Of a stretch of 64,000 bases of DNA, positions 43,015 through 52,479 are shown piece after piece. This DNA comes from a virus. Where the stretch lies: the IMG/VR virus record IMGVR_UViG_3300028908_000005, positions 27,977-91,976 of that record. One strand, 5' to 3'. The position numbers and the translations under genes were made by a program. Below the pieces are notes generated by a model. That model searched no databases and was not told the origin of the DNA. It saw only the letters and a list, made by a program, of their open reading frames with translations. Position 1 is the first letter of the stretch. Each line of letters begins with the position of its first letter.

Positions 43015-43473
43015 TTAATTCCAGGCCGGCCTTGGGCCTTCGCCGGTGTACGGTTTAGCTAGTTTCGCGTCAAGTAGCATCTCGCTAAGCAGCTTACCGT
43101 CCAGCTCTACATCCGCAATGATGCGGAAATACTTGCCGCGGCGCATGTGCCGCAGGTAGATAACCTTGGCTCCGGCCAGCAATTTCTTCGTCAGCATCTT
43201 TGCCCTGACGGCTTTCGTTTTGACGCTAAGCTTATGTGCCGTCATTTCAGGGCAGTCGATGCCGGCAACTCTCACCGGCATCGCATGACCGACAATCGCA
43301 GGCCAACCGTCGACGTCAACGTGAAACGTATCTCCGTCGTACACGCTGACCACGCGGCTGACACGGATGTCGCCGAAATCGGCTGCACGTTCGTGTCGCG
43401 GTTCTACAGTGAACCCGAACACGAACGTGCTGCCGGCTACCAACAGACTAAACCACAAAAGCAGTTGCCGCAT
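43015..43473 (-). CDS. Thermonuclease (SNase-like) with signal/TM N-terminus
   Basis: VYDGDTF, VRVAGIDCPE, GKYFRIIADV, AKPY.G. Confidence 0.9.
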   Translation of the reverse strand: MRQLLLWFSLLVAGSTFVFGFTVEPRHERAADFGDIRVSRVVSVYDGDTFHVDVDGWPAIVGHAMPVRVAGIDCPEMTAHKLSVKTKAVRAKMLTKKLLAGAKVIYLRHMRRGKYFRIIADVELDGKLLSEMLLDAKLAKPYTGEGPRPAWN

Positions 43474-43894
43474 CTGGAAGCTCCCAGGGAGTGACGCGGC
43501 CCGTTGCTGCGTGCCAGTTATCTGACACGCGGCGGCACAAGCCACACGATTTTGCCGCATACTTCAGTCGGCGGTCGAGTTGCCGCAGATGATACTCAGC
43601 CGCGTACGTGCTGTACCACTTCATTTTCATGGCAAGCACGGCGCAGTAGAGGTCTAACCTCCCCTGCGCTACTTCCGCCAGCACGTCGTCCCGAGCTGGC
43701 TGCGGCAATTCTACAGCTTCGTCTAGTCTTTCTTCAAGCCGAATCGCTTCATAGAAGATTGCCTCCGTGCAATCATCAATGTGGTCATCCGGCGTTTCGC
43801 CGGAAAGCACTAACTTTCCAAATGCGATCGCCTGTTCCAACATGTTGGTCGCACTCTTGTAATCGATTTTCGCCAATGTCTTGAACGCGGTCAT
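43448..43894 (-). CDS. Hypothetical protein
   Basis: ORF with RBS. Confidence 0.6.
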   Translation of the reverse strand: MTAFKTLAKIDYKSATNMLEQAIAFGKLVLSGETPDDHIDDCTEAIFYEAIRLEERLDEAVELPQPARDDVLAEVAQGRLDLYCAVLAMKMKWYSTYAAEYHLRQLDRRLKYAAKSCGLCRRVSDNWHAATGRVTPWELPDAATAFVV

Positions 43895-43920
43895 CTCTAC
43901 ACTCCCTGCAGTGAAAAAAG

Positions 43921-44592
43921 TTAACCAGCAAGCGCATCGGCCAACGCAGCCGTTGCTTGCTGGTCGTTAAAACCTATCGCTCGCAGCTGCGCCATAAGCT
44001 GCTGCAAGCGAGCTTTTACCATATTGTTGATCTCTTCGGTCTTGCCGGCCTCGAGATCGTAGATAGCGTTAAACATCTCCGGGTCGTCAGAAAATTCCTC
44101 TTGGATCTGCTGCCACAGATCCTCGCGACCCAAGATGCCTAAACGCAGTACATCCGGCGGCTGGATAATCCCTTCCGCTTTTACGGCCTCGCCGATGTAC
44201 GCCAAGACATCTCGCGAAAACGGTTCCGGATCGTTACGGTCCGGCGGCGAGATGATCAATGCTTCTGTGACACCCCACGCGATCTCCCCGGCGTCTGCTG
44301 GATCGAATGTCGTCGGGTCGAAGAAGCCAGAATCGAGCGCGTTGCAGATTTCGACAAAATCCGGCACGCTCTTATAAAACGCATCCGACGTAACAAGGCG
44401 AACCGCGGCCATGAGCTTGTTGAAAGCCGATCGCCGCGGTTCGACGCCGAATGTCGCCTTTATCTCGTCGCGGATGGTCTCAGGATCCCAATCGAAGAAC
44501 TCATTCTTCCACGCACGCGCTGCCAAAATGAGCAACGTCGTCGCACGTACGTTAGGATCCAACCACCAGCGTCGATACTTTTCCATTTTCAA
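43921..44592 (-). CDS. Hypothetical protein
   Basis: 223-aa acidic helical ORF. Confidence 0.75.
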   Translation of the reverse strand: MKMEKYRRWWLDPNVRATTLLILAARAWKNEFFDWDPETIRDEIKATFGVEPRRSAFNKLMAAVRLVTSDAFYKSVPDFVEICNALDSGFFDPTTFDPADAGEIAWGVTEALIISPPDRNDPEPFSRDVLAYIGEAVKAEGIIQPPDVLRLGILGREDLWQQIQEEFSDDPEMFNAIYDLEAGKTEEINNMVKARLQQLMAQLRAIGFNDQQATAALADALAG

Positions 44593-44873
44593 AATCCGTT
44601 CGTCAGCTCAAAACAAGCGCGGAAACCCATATCTCCCGGCGTTGCGACCTGCGACGGCTCGGTGATGATACCGCCCGACTTCTTGTCGATCGCAAACACC
44701 TGCGGAAAACCCGCAAAACCTGCTTGCAGCATACCTTTATCAGCAGCCACTTTCAAAGCAAGTTTCTTGGCCTCCGGGCTTGTCACCTCGTTCCGCGTAT
44801 CTCCGTCTACGCTGACGCGAAGTTTCTGCGAAAATCCGCCTGGCACGACTTCCATATGACTAACTTTGATCAT
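44589..44873 (-). CDS. Hypothetical protein
   Basis: GGAG RBS before ATG 44873. Confidence 0.65.
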   Translation of the reverse strand: MIKVSHMEVVPGGFSQKLRVSVDGDTRNEVTSPEAKKLALKVAADKGMLQAGFAGFPQVFAIDKKSGGIITEPSQVATPGDMGFRACFELTNGF

Positions 44874-44976
44874 ATCGATACTCCAATTGACAACAGTAAT
44901 CGAATAGCAGCACCCCGTGTAACTGCTTTCCAACTACTGTTATCGCGGATTTCCGCATTTTGGCAAGTTCAATGGC

Positions 44977-45035
44977 TAAAAAAGCCGGTGAACCGCCATT
45001 GGCAGTTTAGCGAAACGCTAAACTGCCGGCTCACC
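44977..45035 (-). terminator. Long hairpin/terminator ending the structural-gene run
   Basis: GGCAGTTTAGCG-AAA-CGCTAAACTGCC (45001-45027) extended by GGTGA/TCACC, followed by TTTTTT on the minus strand. Confidence 0.7.
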
Positions 45036-45085
45036 TTAAAATGCCACGAAAATTGGGAAAATTAAGCAGTATCCGGATACTGTTT

Positions 45086-45394
45086 TCAGAATTTCAAAAC
45101 GATGATTTTGCCGCTGTCGCTACGGTACGTTACACGCACCTGTCGCGCCTGCAGCAGCCGTTTCAGTTTCAGCTTTTGGTTGTTCGTAGTGCCGACCGCG
45201 AAGTTTTTCTTTACCCAGCCGTAGTCGACCGACGTAATCGTTTGCGCCGGCCGTCCGCAGCAACCTTTTGTTCGCCGCGTACGAACAGCCTGTTTCAGAA
45301 ACGGGAACACGGTAGTGAATCTGCTGTCGTTGATCATGCGATCGATCAACTGCGATGTGATATCGACGCGGGGGAGCTCGCTCACTTTTACCAC
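45086..45394 (-). CDS. Small basic protein (GCCG motif)
   Basis: Abuts the upstream stop. Confidence 0.65.
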   Translation of the reverse strand: MVKVSELPRVDITSQLIDRMINDSRFTTVFPFLKQAVRTRRTKGCCGRPAQTITSVDYGWVKKNFAVGTTNNQKLKLKRLLQARQVRVTYRSDSGKIIVLKF

Positions 45395-45856
45395 CTAAAA
45401 TGATACCGGCACGGCCTCCAGGAGTGTTCGTGCCTGGTTTACGCTCTGTACCAGCTGCGAAACCTCTTCTTGGGTTATCTGCCAAGCCTCGTAAGCCAAA
45501 CTTTCGGTATCGACAATGATGTCGAAATAGTCCAAGCGGTAAACTTTCGGGCTGTCGCCGTCGCGAGGTTTGTCCTCTGGCACCTCGATAAGATCCACGT
45601 ACGAGCAAACGCCCGTGAACTCGTCAACTTCCGGGCCGCCGACGCTAATCTCTGGGTACCGGTAGTAACGGAATATCTTGGTCGGCATGTTGTCAGCCGA
45701 CGCTACTTCGACACGAATGCGGTAACCGCTGTGTTTGTTGACCTGAAATCGCGGCTCGAACTGCAATCGCAGCGTCAATGTCGCCGGCGGCCCCGTCGTT
45801 GTCGCTTTGCCGCCCGCTACCGGTTCGAACGATACCGTTTTGTCGCTTACTGTCAT
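45395..45856 (-). CDS. Hypothetical protein
   Basis: ATG 45856, 1 nt after the upstream stop. Confidence 0.7.
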   Translation of the reverse strand: MTVSDKTVSFEPVAGGKATTTGPPATLTLRLQFEPRFQVNKHSGYRIRVEVASADNMPTKIFRYYRYPEISVGGPEVDEFTGVCSYVDLIEVPEDKPRDGDSPKVYRLDYFDIIVDTESLAYEAWQITQEEVSQLVQSVNQARTLLEAVPVSF

Positions 45857-45857
45857 G

Positions 45858-46883
45858 CTAGTCGCCTTTCGGGTTGCCGCCGGGTACCCAACCAATTGTG
45901 CCCGTGTGCCGCTCGTCAAGCCCCCGGCGCGGCTCGTTGTCCCAAATCAGCTTCGATCCGCGATTCCAGCCATGCAATTTGTACCCGGCTTGCCAGACCT
46001 GCTGCATGATCATGTAATCGCCGCCGTTGTTTCCGATATCCGGATCGGGGATGTTCTGCTCTCTGACTACATCCATGTCTAAACACCAGACAGCCCCGCG
46101 CGGAAAATGCACGTAGCTGCCGTTCGGCGCCTCGTGACCGTTACGCAACTGGAAGTGCCGCCCGCGATACCAAGGCCGGCTCTTGATCCACTCCTGCTGC
46201 GCCGTGGAAATGCCTATAAAATAAGGATTTCCGAATATACGACAGCCATCCTTGTAGTAATCAACTATATCATAGGCCACACGCACCCACCAACGCGGGT
46301 CGATAATGCGAACGTCATCGTCCAACCAGACTACCCACTTGTCGACAATCGGGTCGTCTTGGTCGTGAAACAGCTGCCGCATCGCCGGATACTTCTTCCG
46401 ATTCTCGTGATTGATGATCAACTTGTAGATTTCGCCGGTATTCGACAAGTTTTTCACAAAATCGACCGTCTTTTGGCAGGCTTCGTTGGTCGCTACGCGA
46501 AGCTGCCGCCGGTTTTTCGGCACCGATGACAAGATTCCGGTAAGCACGCGCTCGTGGAGCTCGAAATACTCGCCATACAGGCATGTGCATATGACGAATC
46601 GCCCGCCGATCAGCGGATTATCCATCACAGAATCGTCCGAAAACTTAGCTGTTTCGGCTGCTTTGGCACGTTGTTGCTGCGTTTCGTGCTGAAATGCCGC
46701 TGTGCGCGTCAGATTAGCGCCTGCTTTGCGCAAATCTCGCAGAGGCGTATCGAGCCCAAACCCAGTAGGGACGAATCTGAGGCCATTCTGGCGGCTCTGA
46801 TCGACCTTCGGAACGTCGATCGGGGCTAAATTGCTAAACGGCTGCTGGCAATAGGGGCAAAGTATCGGTTTTTGGTTGGCCAT
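45858..46883 (-). CDS. GT-A fold glycosyltransferase
   Basis: ICTCLYG, ENRKKYPA, WVVWLDDD, GAVW, GNNGGD. Confidence 0.7.
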   Translation of the reverse strand: MANQKPILCPYCQQPFSNLAPIDVPKVDQSRQNGLRFVPTGFGLDTPLRDLRKAGANLTRTAAFQHETQQQRAKAAETAKFSDDSVMDNPLIGGRFVICTCLYGEYFELHERVLTGILSSVPKNRRQLRVATNEACQKTVDFVKNLSNTGEIYKLIINHENRKKYPAMRQLFHDQDDPIVDKWVVWLDDDVRIIDPRWWVRVAYDIVDYYKDGCRIFGNPYFIGISTAQQEWIKSRPWYRGRHFQLRNGHEAPNGSYVHFPRGAVWCLDMDVVREQNIPDPDIGNNGGDYMIMQQVWQAGYKLHGWNRGSKLIWDNEPRRGLDERHTGTIGWVPGGNPKGD

Positions 46884-47919
46884 AGGGCAGATTCTCGCTT
46901 CGAAAACGGTCTTCGTGGTCCATTCCGGTGTACTTTTGGTCGATTTTCGGCAAAATACCCGTCTGGTAGTACCAAAGTATGGCGTCGCGGGCCATTTCGG
47001 CGGTAACCATCTGGTGGCAGCGCGGAATAAGCTGCCCCGAAACGTCCTTTTCGGGGTATTTGCACCAGGTAGACGGGTTTGTCTTGCCGCCGTGTATTTT
47101 ATTCTTCCAGCAGCCGCGGCGTTGGCAGCAGTCAAGCAGATCCTGCGTGTGCAAATAGCGGTGCGGGACTTTCACCTTGCGCGACGCGATAGGGCCGAAA
47201 TTATCGACCGCTACGTTGACGTAAGCCTCCCACCACCAATGCTCCCGGCCGCCGGCTGTAACGACGCAAGGCTTATCGAACACGGCAGCGACGTGCATCG
47301 CGCCGGTAATCGGGCACAAAACGCCGTCAGCGTGATAGATTACCCACAAGAAGTCTCGTAGATTCGTTTTGCCGCGGATATCGACGACGTTTTTCAGCGA
47401 ATAGTGCTTATGGTTGCCACCGACAGCGCCCATCTGGACGCACGGTATGCCGTATTCGGCCAAATCGTCTACAACCTGCTGGCAATACCGCCAATTCCAA
47501 ATCTTGACCGGGTAATCAAGCTTCCCGCCGGCGAAGACGACCCAATACCGCCCGTTAAACGGCGACTGCTGTTTCTGCTCCGGCGATAGGTACAGATCGC
47601 CCTTGGGTTTGAGTACCGGAACCTCTAGGCCGAGCTGCCGTCGCATGTCGCGATGAAACGCTGTCAGGAAATGCAGCGGCGATCGGTTGGCTTCGTTGAT
47701 GTACCGACCATAGCCGAGTTTGATCTCCCTGGCGTCGAGCTTGTTGTTCACGCCGAGATAGCCGGCAATGTGCGGATTGTAGTTCCATAGCGTGCTGCAT
47801 GAAGTCCGTACATAGATTTGGTACTTCCCCGGATACGTTACTGCCAGATCGCGAATACTCGCGGTCATACAAACGATATCGCCAAGCGCCAATGTGTGTT
47901 TGAAGATTATCGTTTCCAT
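46834..47919 (-). CDS. GT9 ADP-heptose heptosyltransferase-like protein
   Basis: ALGDIVCMT, YNPHI, GGK.D..VKIW, DIRGKTNLRD, TGAMHVAAVFDKPCV. Confidence 0.88.
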   Translation of the reverse strand: METIIFKHTLALGDIVCMTASIRDLAVTYPGKYQIYVRTSCSTLWNYNPHIAGYLGVNNKLDAREIKLGYGRYINEANRSPLHFLTAFHRDMRRQLGLEVPVLKPKGDLYLSPEQKQQSPFNGRYWVVFAGGKLDYPVKIWNWRYCQQVVDDLAEYGIPCVQMGAVGGNHKHYSLKNVVDIRGKTNLRDFLWVIYHADGVLCPITGAMHVAAVFDKPCVVTAGGREHWWWEAYVNVAVDNFGPIASRKVKVPHRYLHTQDLLDCCQRRGCWKNKIHGGKTNPSTWCKYPEKDVSGQLIPRCHQMVTAEMARDAILWYYQTGILPKIDQKYTGMDHEDRFRSENLPYGQPKTDTLPLLPAAV

Positions 47920-47929
47920 AGCAATTTGT

Positions 47930-50881
47930 CTAAATCAAGCCGCCGTCGTCGCCAGTATCGGCTGCTGTCGATGAAATACCAGAGCCTTGACCGGCTGACG
48001 GAGACGATACCGGAGTCGTTTCGGAAGTATTTGACTCGGTATCCGGAGACGATACCAACCCTTCCGACGTATGACTCGACTGTGTCTCTGACGGTGTAGC
48101 TGCCAAGTACGCGTCCACGGTATTTGTTTCTGATGGATGCCAACCAAGCAAAGCGTCGACATCGTGTGTCTCCGATGGACGACGCCCGAGGAGTGCGTCG
48201 ACATCGTGTGTCTCTGATGGGTGACGCCCGAGAAGTGCGTCGACAGTATGTGTTTCTGATGGGTGCCAACCAAGCAAAGCATCCACGGTATGCGTCTCTG
48301 ATGGATGACGCCCGAGGAGTGCGTCGACAGTATGCGTCTCTGATGGGTGCCAACCAAGCAAAGCATCCACGGTATGCGTCTCTGATGGGTGCCGGGCTAA
48401 CAATGCGTCGACCTTGTAATCTATCGTGACGATCTTGAGCAATCTTGCATCTACGTTGTACGTCTTTTCGTGGATTTCGCCAAGTACAGCATCGACTGAA
48501 ACAGTAACGATCGGCTGGCGGTACAGTGTTGCGTCGATCGAGTAGGTTTTCGTTTCGGTTTTGGCGAGCTCGGCGTCAGTCGAAACGTCTTTGACGATAA
48601 CAGTCTGCAACACGGCGTCTACCATATACGTCTCGCTGACGGTAGCAGCCAACTCTGCATCCGTACTGGCTGTTTTTGTGAATGATGTGAGCAGCTCAGC
48701 ATCTACACTTGCTGTTTTTGTGAACGATGTAAGCAGCTCAGCATCTACGCTAGCAGTCTTAGTAAATGCCGTAAGTAGTTCAGCATCTACACTTGCTGTT
48801 TTTGTGAACGATGTAAGCAGCTCAGCATCTACACTTGCCGTTTTTGTGAATGATGTAAGCAGCTCAGCATCTACGCTAGCGGTCTTAGTAAATGCCGTAA
48901 GTAGTTCAGCATCTACACTTGCCGTTTTTGTGAATGATGTAAGTAGTTCAGCATCTACGCTAGCCGTCTTAGTAAATGCCGTAAGTAGTTCAGCATCTAC
49001 GCTTGCGGTCTTAGTAAATGCCGTAAGTAGTTCAGCATCTACACTTGCTGTTGCTGTTTCGGCCTTTACGAGCAAGCCGTCAACAGAAATAGTTACTGTT
49101 TTAGCGGCTAGAAGCTCTGCATCGACGCTAACGGTATGCGCCGGCGTTGACAACAACAAAGCATCGATTTGATCTGTAGTCGTAATAGTCTGCAGCAGTC
49201 TGGCGTCTACTTCGGCTGTCGCCGTTTCGGCTACCTGTAAGTCTGCATCGATCTGGTTAGTTACCGTAGCTGTACTCAACAACAGTCCGTCTACGCCGTG
49301 CGTTACGGTAAACGCCGTTTCGATATCAGCATCAACCGAATGATCCCGCGTAAACGACGTCAGCAGCAACGCATCTGTCGTGTGCGTATGCGTGAACGCT
49401 GTCTCGATATCGGCATCGACGTCGCCGGTCAGTGTGGCGGCAGCTTGTAGGTAGGTGTCAGTCGATACAGTCTTGGTAATCGCCTCTAGCAATTCCGCAT
49501 CGACGCTATGTGTCAGCTCCGGATACGCAGCCGCGTAAGCGTCCGTGTCGTGCGTTGTAGTAATCGCAGCCTTTAATACAGCATCCGCACTGGCCGTCGT
49601 AGTAATGGCAGCCTTTAATACAGCATCCGTACTAGCCGTCGTAGTAAGCGATCGGAGCAACTCGGCGTCGATGTCGTGCGACACCGTTTCGGTAGTTTCA
49701 AGGTCTGCATCGACCTTGTACGTCACCGTTTGCGTTTTCTGCAGGTCTGCATCAACCCTATGAGTTACTTGACCGGCACCGCTTAGCATCGCGTCAGTGC
49801 TATGCGTTGTCGTAATGTCGCCTTGCAGCGTAGCGTCTAACTGATGCTGTGTCGTTATACCTGCGAGCAGCAGAGCGTCGACGTCGTGCGTAGCCGTTTC
49901 AGTGCTCTGGATATCGCTATCGACGTCCCATGTCGTTGTCTGCGTTTTCTGCAGGTCTGCATCAACCCTATGAGTTACTTGACCAGCGCCGCTTAGCATC
50001 GCGTCCGTACTGTGTGTTGTCGTAATCACGCCGCGAAGTTCGGCGTCTGTTTGGAACGTATAGCTGCCGATAACCTGCAAAATTGCATCGACTGTACTCG
50101 TCTGCAGCACGGATGTCAGCAAGTCAGCATCAACTTTATGGGTTAGCTGGCCGGCGCCGCTTAGCATGCCGTCAGTCGTATGCGTCACGGTCGTCGCTGC
50201 CTGCAGAATCGCATCGACCGTAGCCGTCTCCTCTTCGGCTGCTACCAGCAAGGCATCGCCGCCGAATGTTAGTATCTCGATCGTTGCCGATGACGACCGA
50301 CCGATCCACTCCGGAGTTCGCGAAGGCTCCTGCTCAGATATGCTTGACCCGATAGGTAACGCTATACTGCTGCTAGCTTGCGCCGGACACGGACACACAA
50401 GCTCTGCTTGGCCTTCGAAATCGCCATTGATAGGCGGCGGGCCGAGTTCGCCGCAGTCTTCGCCGTGCAGCGGGATCCACGTATAGCCGCCTTCGCAGTC
50501 GTCAGTACGGTAGCGTACCAGCGTCCAAGCTTGTGAAGACTCCGAAAGGTACGCAGAAGACGAACCGTATTGGGCCACGCACGGACACCATACCCACAAA
50601 CAACAGTCGATAAGCGGCGTAACATTACCGTCTTTGCCATCTTTGCCGTCTTTGCCGTCCTTGCCAGGCGGCCCAGGTGGTCCTGGTTTACCGTCTTTAC
50701 CGGGTGGGCCTGGCGGGCCAGGTATGCCGATATCGCCTAAATCTTGCGGTGCCGCCGCTTCGCATTGCCAGATAGGGTCTGGCGCCAAAGGGATACTACA
50801 ATTGCTGATCAGCGTCGGCGGCCCGATGACGGTCATCGACGGTAGTGAACACCGATCTGGATCAAAAATGTAGTCGGCCAT
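47930..50881 (-). CDS. Virion structural protein: collagen-like N-terminus plus long 14-aa Thr/Asp repeat region
   Basis: GPPGPPGKDG triplets; dozens of T.T.sVDA.L units with a 14-aa period. Confidence 0.8.
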   Translation of the reverse strand: MADYIFDPDRCSLPSMTVIGPPTLISNCSIPLAPDPIWQCEAAAPQDLGDIGIPGPPGPPGKDGKPGPPGPPGKDGKDGKDGKDGNVTPLIDCCLWVWCPCVAQYGSSSAYLSESSQAWTLVRYRTDDCEGGYTWIPLHGEDCGELGPPPINGDFEGQAELVCPCPAQASSSIALPIGSSISEQEPSRTPEWIGRSSSATIEILTFGGDALLVAAEEETATVDAILQAATTVTHTTDGMLSGAGQLTHKVDADLLTSVLQTSTVDAILQVIGSYTFQTDAELRGVITTTHSTDAMLSGAGQVTHRVDADLQKTQTTTWDVDSDIQSTETATHDVDALLLAGITTQHQLDATLQGDITTTHSTDAMLSGAGQVTHRVDADLQKTQTVTYKVDADLETTETVSHDIDAELLRSLTTTASTDAVLKAAITTTASADAVLKAAITTTHDTDAYAAAYPELTHSVDAELLEAITKTVSTDTYLQAAATLTGDVDADIETAFTHTHTTDALLLTSFTRDHSVDADIETAFTVTHGVDGLLLSTATVTNQIDADLQVAETATAEVDARLLQTITTTDQIDALLLSTPAHTVSVDAELLAAKTVTISVDGLLVKAETATASVDAELLTAFTKTASVDAELLTAFTKTASVDAELLTSFTKTASVDAELLTAFTKTASVDAELLTSFTKTASVDAELLTSFTKTASVDAELLTAFTKTASVDAELLTSFTKTASVDAELLTSFTKTASTDAELAATVSETYMVDAVLQTVIVKDVSTDAELAKTETKTYSIDATLYRQPIVTVSVDAVLGEIHEKTYNVDARLLKIVTIDYKVDALLARHPSETHTVDALLGWHPSETHTVDALLGRHPSETHTVDALLGWHPSETHTVDALLGRHPSETHDVDALLGRRPSETHDVDALLGWHPSETNTVDAYLAATPSETQSSHTSEGLVSSPDTESNTSETTPVSSPSAGQGSGISSTAADTGDDGGLI
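48120..49050 (-). repeat. 42-bp coding tandem repeats
   Basis: HPSETH(T/D)VDALLG(W/R) about 7 times (48120-48410) and TKTASVDAELLT(A/S)F about 9 times (48655-49045). Confidence 0.9.
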
Positions 50882-50910
50882 CCCATTTTGTTGTTCGGCT
50901 CGTGGTTTCG

Positions 50911-51909
50911 TTAAACCGGCGGTACGGCAACCTCGACGTAAATCGTCGGCGGCCAGTTACATATCAACGACGATTCTGCAACTTTGTCCAACGTGTATGC
51001 GATATTCTTGCAATCAATGCGACCGTTCACTTTCTTTTCGTAGGTAGCGCAACCCGTCTCGCAGGTTATCTTAGTTGTGTCTGCCGCTGCATCATAATCG
51101 AGCGCAACGCATATCTGGCCGCACGTTGCAGGATCGGAGTTGATGCTATTCCAGTAGTTGCCCCAAACGCACTGGCCGAGACTGAGGCATGTAGCTCCGT
51201 CTATGACCAAGTAGAACGTACCGTTATAGTCGTTGCAGCCCGTGCCTACGCCGACGACGCCGTCAATGGTAACTTTCAGATATGTCGGCAGCTGATCGCA
51301 GAACAGACACGCCGGACATTTCCAACACAGCGATTGTGATTGACCAATACTAGACGCCGACGACAGCGACGATGCTGAGCCTTCTTCGCACGGGCAGATT
51401 ATCACGGTTTGCCCGAAATACTTCCCTGCTGACGGTGGCGGGCCGAGATCGTCGCAGTCTTCGCCGTAATACAGATCCCAATAACCACCATCGACGCATT
51501 TCGTTGTACCCCAAACGGCTGCAGGCGTTTGTGCCGCTTCTGATGACGGGTGTGTGACGCTCGGATTTGATAACGACGTCGAGCTGTTATTGGTGTCGCC
51601 TCCGTCGCAGGGGCACCAAACCCAGATGCAGCAGTCTAGCAGGAAACCGTCGCCATCTTTGCCGTCTTTGCCATCTTTGCCGTCCTTGCCAGGCGGTCCA
51701 GGAGGTCCAGGGTCGCCGTCTTTGCCGGGCGGGCCTGGCGGACCTGGCGGACCGATTTCGCCCAGATCGGGGATGTCGATATCCACTTGTGCGCACTGGA
51801 ATATCGGATCCGGCGCCAAAGGGATACTACAATCGCTGATCAACATCGGTGGCCCGATGATGGTCATCGACGGTAGTGAACACCGATCTGGGTCGAAAAT
51901 AAAATCCAT
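50911..51909 (-). CDS. Collagen-like, Cys-rich structural protein (N-terminus paralogous to 47930..50881)
   Basis: FDPDRCSLPSMT.IGPP..IS.CSIPLAPDPI, GPP/GKD collagen repeats and DCC.WVWCPC are shared between the two. Confidence 0.8.
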   Translation of the reverse strand: MDFIFDPDRCSLPSMTIIGPPMLISDCSIPLAPDPIFQCAQVDIDIPDLGEIGPPGPPGPPGKDGDPGPPGPPGKDGKDGKDGKDGDGFLLDCCIWVWCPCDGGDTNNSSTSLSNPSVTHPSSEAAQTPAAVWGTTKCVDGGYWDLYYGEDCDDLGPPPSAGKYFGQTVIICPCEEGSASSLSSASSIGQSQSLCWKCPACLFCDQLPTYLKVTIDGVVGVGTGCNDYNGTFYLVIDGATCLSLGQCVWGNYWNSINSDPATCGQICVALDYDAAADTTKITCETGCATYEKKVNGRIDCKNIAYTLDKVAESSLICNWPPTIYVEVAVPPV

Positions 51910-51911
51910 CG

Positions 51912-52466
51912 TTACCAGTAACCGAGTGGGCAGTGCTCGGTAGCCATCCTGATCTTGTTGGTGAGCGTATCTAACAGTCCGAGGAAACTGCGGCCGGCGG
52001 ATCTACTGCTACTCCGCAAATTACAACCGCACACCGTACAACGACCTGACTCGCCAGACCGCTGCGAGAACCGCGGACATACTTTGCAATGTTTTTCGAA
52101 TATCTCGGCTACTTCCTGTACTGACCGCGTCGGGTAGCCGGCAGCCTTCCAACGCGATACCGCGGCAGCATATCGCTGTGCCAGCACTTCCGGGCGCGGT
52201 TTTGTAGGTCCGGTCGTCAGGAAATACGGTTCAAACTCTTTTGCCAATTCTGCTGCGCGTCGTTTGTCGATTTTGCGCATCAAACCAACCGACAACGACG
52301 CGATAACGTTATTCATTTCGCCTAATTTCGGCGTATCCGACTTGCAACAATAAGCGCACGCGTCCTCTTTAACGCTGCACTTTTCAAGCGGCTGTTGCGT
52401 AACGTCTGCTATCAGTCTGCAGCAGCCGTTAATGCGATATTGACAATCGCACAAACCCCCGGACAC
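51912..52466 (-). CDS. Cys-rich hypothetical protein
   Basis: C..CP...RC..CGC...KIRMATEHCPLGYW. Confidence 0.75.
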   Translation of the reverse strand: MSGGLCDCQYRINGCCRLIADVTQQPLEKCSVKEDACAYCCKSDTPKLGEMNNVIASLSVGLMRKIDKRRAAELAKEFEPYFLTTGPTKPRPEVLAQRYAAAVSRWKAAGYPTRSVQEVAEIFEKHCKVCPRFSQRSGESGRCTVCGCNLRSSSRSAGRSFLGLLDTLTNKIRMATEHCPLGYW

Positions 52467-52479
52467 ATTATGCTCCTTT

